NCBI GenBank assembly: GCA_010093745.1
Contig: MU005964.1
Span: forward strand, 186,001-250,000
Direction: 5' to 3'
Source: Piedraia hortae CBS 480.64
Lineage: Eukaryota
DNA length: 64,000 bases
Shown in pieces: positions 59,611 through 64,000 of this stretch. Positions within the stretch are counted from its first letter, which is position 1. Every line of letters starts with the position of its first letter. Under the pieces are notes generated by a model. It saw nothing but the letters and a program-made list of their open reading frames with translations. It searched no databases and had not been told where the DNA came from. A program made the position numbers and the translations under genes.

Positions 59611-60655
59611 TTGGAAATCGGTCGACTGGGTTTGTGCGGAGAGAGATATTGCGGGTAGACGAATGTGCGGGAGCGGGCGGGTTGGCAAGCGTCAAACGCA
59701 CAGACCAATCAGCGCACAGACCAACGAAACCGTCACCATTTTCACTTTTGTGCCTGTCCGTGAGTAGCAATCATGGTTGGTAGAGCTGGGGAAGCAAAAG
59801 ACGGGACTGACTCTTTAGTTGCCAGAAGAAGATGTGGGAAACGATCCGCCTTGTCATGCCCACGCTTGTGCTATTCAGGGTATGTTTTTGCATCTCAGCG
59901 GCAAATCTGATTGAGTAGCCTGCATACAAAAGAACAATTACAACGAGAATGCGTGCCAGAAACAGGTATACCACTCTATAAAACGGTTGTACAACGACTG
60001 ACCAGTAGATTGACGCCCTGTATGAATGCTGCAATCTCTTCTATCAGCGTAATGGGGAGGACGCTTCGACGGTGTCTTGTCCAAAAGCCAGCTTGCTCAA
60101 GCTGAAGATGAAGCAGAGGGCCAACGATGCTAAGTAGTAGAGTCCACATGGATCCAGAGCCATGTCACGCCGTCTCATCCCTCACTCCCACTCGGTTAGC
60201 GAGTTACAGTTAAAAGCGTATCGATCTTAGACCACCGGAGCACGCAAAGGGGCCTTTCAGACCCGTACAAACATTGACTGTTCGCACCGAGACTCTAAAG
60301 GTGGCCTGTGACATTGTTGAAGAAGGAAGAAAATTTGTGCGGAGAATTTGTGCTGAGGTGTGTTTGTCAAAAGTCGTTGTTGAAGCAAAAGTCGCGGCCT
60401 GTCAACCGCTCTGCAGCATCACACACTTGTTTGCTGCTACGCTGTGCTGTTAAACAAACACTACAGACAACGGAATCTCAAAAATGGGATCCTGCAGCAC
60501 GGATACTAAGGTCACAATGATGTACCAGGTTCATAGTCACTGCAAAGATGTTGCATTGAACCCCACGTGTTCGTAGAACATCCTTAACTGGAGCGTGCAT
60601 ATCTATTATTGGAGGCCTTTATATTTCAACCTCCTTCCCTTACAGAAACATCACC

Positions 60656-62095
60656 ATGGCTCCTCGAAAGATAATAATCGACACTGATCCCGTAAGTCTA
60701 TCATCTTGTCAAAAATATGTCTGAGAATACTAGGGCGTAGATGATATCCTGGCTATGCTCCTGGCCTTTTCAGCAAAACCGGAAGAGCTTGAAGTGCTAC
60801 TGCTATCTGTGACATACGGCAACATTGACGTTTGCAGCTGTCTACATAATGTAGTTTCTCTATTCCACCAAATCGAAAAAGAGCTTGCATGGAGAAAAGC
60901 GAGTAATCGCCCACTGGGCTTTGAGACCCTGCGGGCGACCAAACCTTTGGTTGCAGTTGGTCCGGAGCATCCCCTCGCTGACGATATGCTCATGGTAAGC
61001 CTTTGCCGTTATCCAACTAGAATATACTTACCTAGCATAGGCTGATTATTTCCGTAAGCCAGCAAGTATAGAACGATCCATTTGATCTAACTGTAATCAG
61101 ACGGTCGAGATGGCTTAGGTGGTATCCACGAAAGCGTCAGTCTTCCCCATGCAACACCAACCATGCTCACTAACTAGCACCCACACCTCTCACCCACAGA
61201 AACCTGGAACACGATTCTCGACTCACCCAATTCAACCAAAGAATACCTCTTCACCCCATCCAAAGCCCCCGCCCACAAAGCCATCCTCGACCTCCTACGC
61301 AGCAACGAACCAGATACAATCACCATCGTCGCAATCGGGCCTCTCACAAATCTCGCCCTAGCCGCAGCAGAGGACCCTGAGACCCTCCTCCGCGCCCACG
61401 AAGTAGTCATCATGGGCGGCAACATCTCCACGCCAGGAAACATCACCCCCGTCGCGGAATTCAACACCTTTGCAGACCCTATGGCCGCCGCACGAGTCTA
61501 TGCCCTAACCTCCCCCAGACCAAACACAACAATGCCACCTGACGTCCCCCCAATCCAAACCTCCAACGCCCCAACCCATCTAGGAAAATACCCCGACTCC
61601 CTCCCCTCCCGCCTCAAAATAACCCTCTTCCCGCTAGACATAACAAACACCCATCTCCTGACGCGAAGCGCCTATACCGACGCGATAGCATCCCACCCAT
61701 CCTCGCCCCTAGCGGAATGGACAAACGCCTTCCTCACCTCAACCTTCACCAAGGTCGCGAGTCTCCTCACGGACGTCACGCCCGAGACCGCTGCGCTGCA
61801 AATGCACGACCCGATGTGTATCTGGTACTGTCTCTCTAGCCGGGCGAGGGCGGAGTGGGGGTGGGTTAGGGATGAGGATTTACGGGTCGAGACGGCGGGA
61901 CAGTGGACTAGAGGGATGTGTGTTGTTGATAGACGGGGGAGGAGGAAAAAGGCTCCAGGTGAGGGGGAGGGTGGGGATGATTGTGGGTTGTGGTTGAGAG
62001 AGGAGGCGGGAAATAGAATTACGAGGTGCGTTTCTACGCCGGGACAGGAGGTTTTGGAACGGGAGATGATGAGGAGGATTTTTGGGGAGGTGTAG
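60656..62095 (+). CDS. Inosine-uridine preferring nucleoside hydrolase
   Basis: IIIDTDP|GVDD, HGRDGLGG, AIGPLTN, MGG...AEFN and MHDP. Introns 60692-60733, 60995-61040, 61054-61100 and 61136-61177. Confidence 0.93.
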
Positions 62096-62128
62096 TTCAA
62101 ATGGGGATGATATTTCTCGTCAGGTCGT

Positions 62129-64000
62129 TTACTGGGATGTGATGGGTTCAGTGTGGCCATTGGTATCAGCACCATGTCCATTGACCCCATTGGCATGTCC
62201 ATCGCCATTAGCACAACACTCCCCATTCGTCATTCCGCCTTTATACAACTGACTAACCCCATCCTTTGACGCAGGAACATCAAGAGCAGGGTTGCTCTCA
62301 AAAAAATCCGCCGGTCTGAGAGAAACAGTATGAATCTCAACCGGCATAACGGGCCAATCTTCAGTTCTGGGGTTATGCGTCAAGCCAAAGACGGCCCACA
62401 CCACCACGTCTTTATCCCTCAGCGCCTCCCCGCGACGGACCATATCCGCCACCCCGCCGCTTTCTTGCCGACTTTGCATCGTGAACCTACCTGCGGCGTA
62501 TAGCTCGTTGTCATGGTAAGGCGTGAACCACATGTGGTGCTGCGCAAATGCAGCGCGACGGGCTTGGATTGAATCCCGATCCGCGAGGAGGAGCTGCGTT
62601 GGTGGAGAGATTAACTTGTAGCCTACGTTGCGGCCGCTTATGGGGTTTGTTTTGTTTTCATTGATGATTTTGAAGATTCGGTTGGTTTGGGGGGATAGGT
62701 CTGCTGAGCAGGATTGTTCGATGGGGGTTGAGACGACTTTGTAGGCGTTTCCCTTGGGGTTAGTTATATCGTTCATGGGTATGGTGAGCGATTCTTCCTG
62801 GGTTATGGTGTTGTTCTGGCCGTCAACGGCTGGGTCGATGCGGAGGGCAAAGATGTGTTGGTGGTTCTGAGCAAGAACGCCTGGGTTCAGCACGTTGCCG
62901 TAATCGCTGGTCTTACCGGGGTCAATGTGCACGGCACTGACGATTCCTGTGGCTCTGGTCTCGATATCGATGCCGCCCGCTTGGTCGAACTTGTAGGCAA
63001 AGATATACTCGTAGTTAGCGAGTGTGATTATGAATTGAACTACGAGTTCCCGTCGACGGGTTACGACCGCCCGTCCTGTGCGCCAGTTGGTGTGCTTCCA
63101 CAGGATCCCGTTGTCTTGCTCGTGAAGGCAGACAACGTTGGGATGATCCTGGACTTTGCCGTCGGAATCAACACTAACGGCATCAAAGTACTGCCACTTT
63201 AGCTTCATCTCGGACAAAATGGAAATAGCCTACCTTTATCACACCCAAGCAGTCACAACCAAGGGCAAGGTTGTTTGCACAGTTCCCAGCACCACCGTCA
63301 CCGAAATCAAACGCCTGTTTTCGATGATACGGTGGACGGGCATCGCCATATGGGACCGTCATCTCACTGATTGACAGTCGATAGAGGACACTCCTTCCTG
63401 CGAAGCGAACGTCATGCAAAACGGCTCCTTCACGGGCGTTGAACGACACACGGAAGCTCCAATTCTGCCATTCAACCAGGGAATCTTCATCGATATCAAA
63501 CGACGGACCCTCGGGCTGAACGACATGAAGAGGCTTCAAAGTCTTCCTCGTGCCTCCAGGAACTAACTCGGGAACGTATTCTGCAGGCTTGCAGTGCTCC
63601 AATACTTTCCGATCGTAAGTCTTGTCATAGAGGCCATCCTTTTTGCCGCCTGTGGCCAGACGATCGATGCGGATAATCTCCCGCTTGTGTGCATCCATGA
63701 TTGGAATCAGCGGCAGCGGGAAGGCATAGAAGTTTGAGTCTGGATTGCCGGAGCTAGAGTCTTGGGCAAAGATGAGGCCTTGAAAGTACCGAAGATTTTC
63801 ATCGGTGTTATCAAGTCCACCATAGGGCCAAGGCTCTATGATGATTTCGAAATTGTCAGGCAAATCGAATTCTGCAATGGCATCTTTAAACAGCTTGGAG
63901 GATTGGCACACTTCAACTAGGGTACGCAACTCGGATCTGGGAAGTCAGTTCTGTTCGTAGGTTAGATTGTGTGCCAAGACGAACACTGTGAGGGAGGCAT
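62129..64000 (-). CDS. Copper amine oxidase, 5' end outside the window
   Basis: ANYEY (TPQ precursor), HQH, HNPRTEDWPVMP and LGCDCLG. Intron 63233-63191 and another intron ending at 63937. Confidence 0.96.

Noticed and set aside
59690..60650. ~1 kb intergenic region that might hold an ncRNA or small gene
   Set aside because: No tRNA boxes, snoRNA box pair or credible ORF could be identified by eye. It is most simply the divergent promoter of SUMO and the hydrolase. An Rfam search would settle it.

Overview
Eukaryotic DNA from a filamentous ascomycete with a very compact genome. The gene content and 42-58 nt spliceosomal introns suggest Pezizomycotina, possibly Dothideomycetes; this is inference and was not verified. 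About 33 mostly housekeeping genes are present, in order: MFS transporter, BCAT, SCY1-like pseudokinase, LIM protein, P450, thioesterase, MMS2, Trs65-like, a head-to-head Zn2Cys6 pair, MED19, ERCC1/RAD10, ERB1, beta-carbonic anhydrase, ASNSD1-like, SEM1, PGK1, Mpv17, verprolin, TMA17-like, rhomboid, PH protein, SLC26/STAS/cNMP transporter, NAS6-like ankyrin, TRAPPC11, MZT1, SET protein, eIF3h, Nrg1-like C2H2 factor, SUMO, nucleoside hydrolase and copper amine oxidase, plus a few hypotheticals. Gene models were spliced by hand. Two accessory islands (about 15.2-17.5 kb and 47.7-51.2 kb) hold a tandem orphan micro-gene duplication, a pseudogene with a duplicated exon-intron unit, and a DDE transposase relic. 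The most notable observations are: (1) repeated sharp C-rich to G-rich switches inside gene 3' halves, (2) promoter-like motifs for the NAS6-like gene inside the TRAPPC11 coding sequence, with a 15 bp intergenic gap, (3) convergent stop codons only 2-33 bp apart, (4) the orphan micro-gene pair, and (5) a Ser/Asp-rich orphan with a synonymously diverged peptide repeat. No rRNA, tRNA, CRISPR array or secondary-metabolite cluster was recognised. I cannot demonstrate a wholly new biological system from sequence alone.
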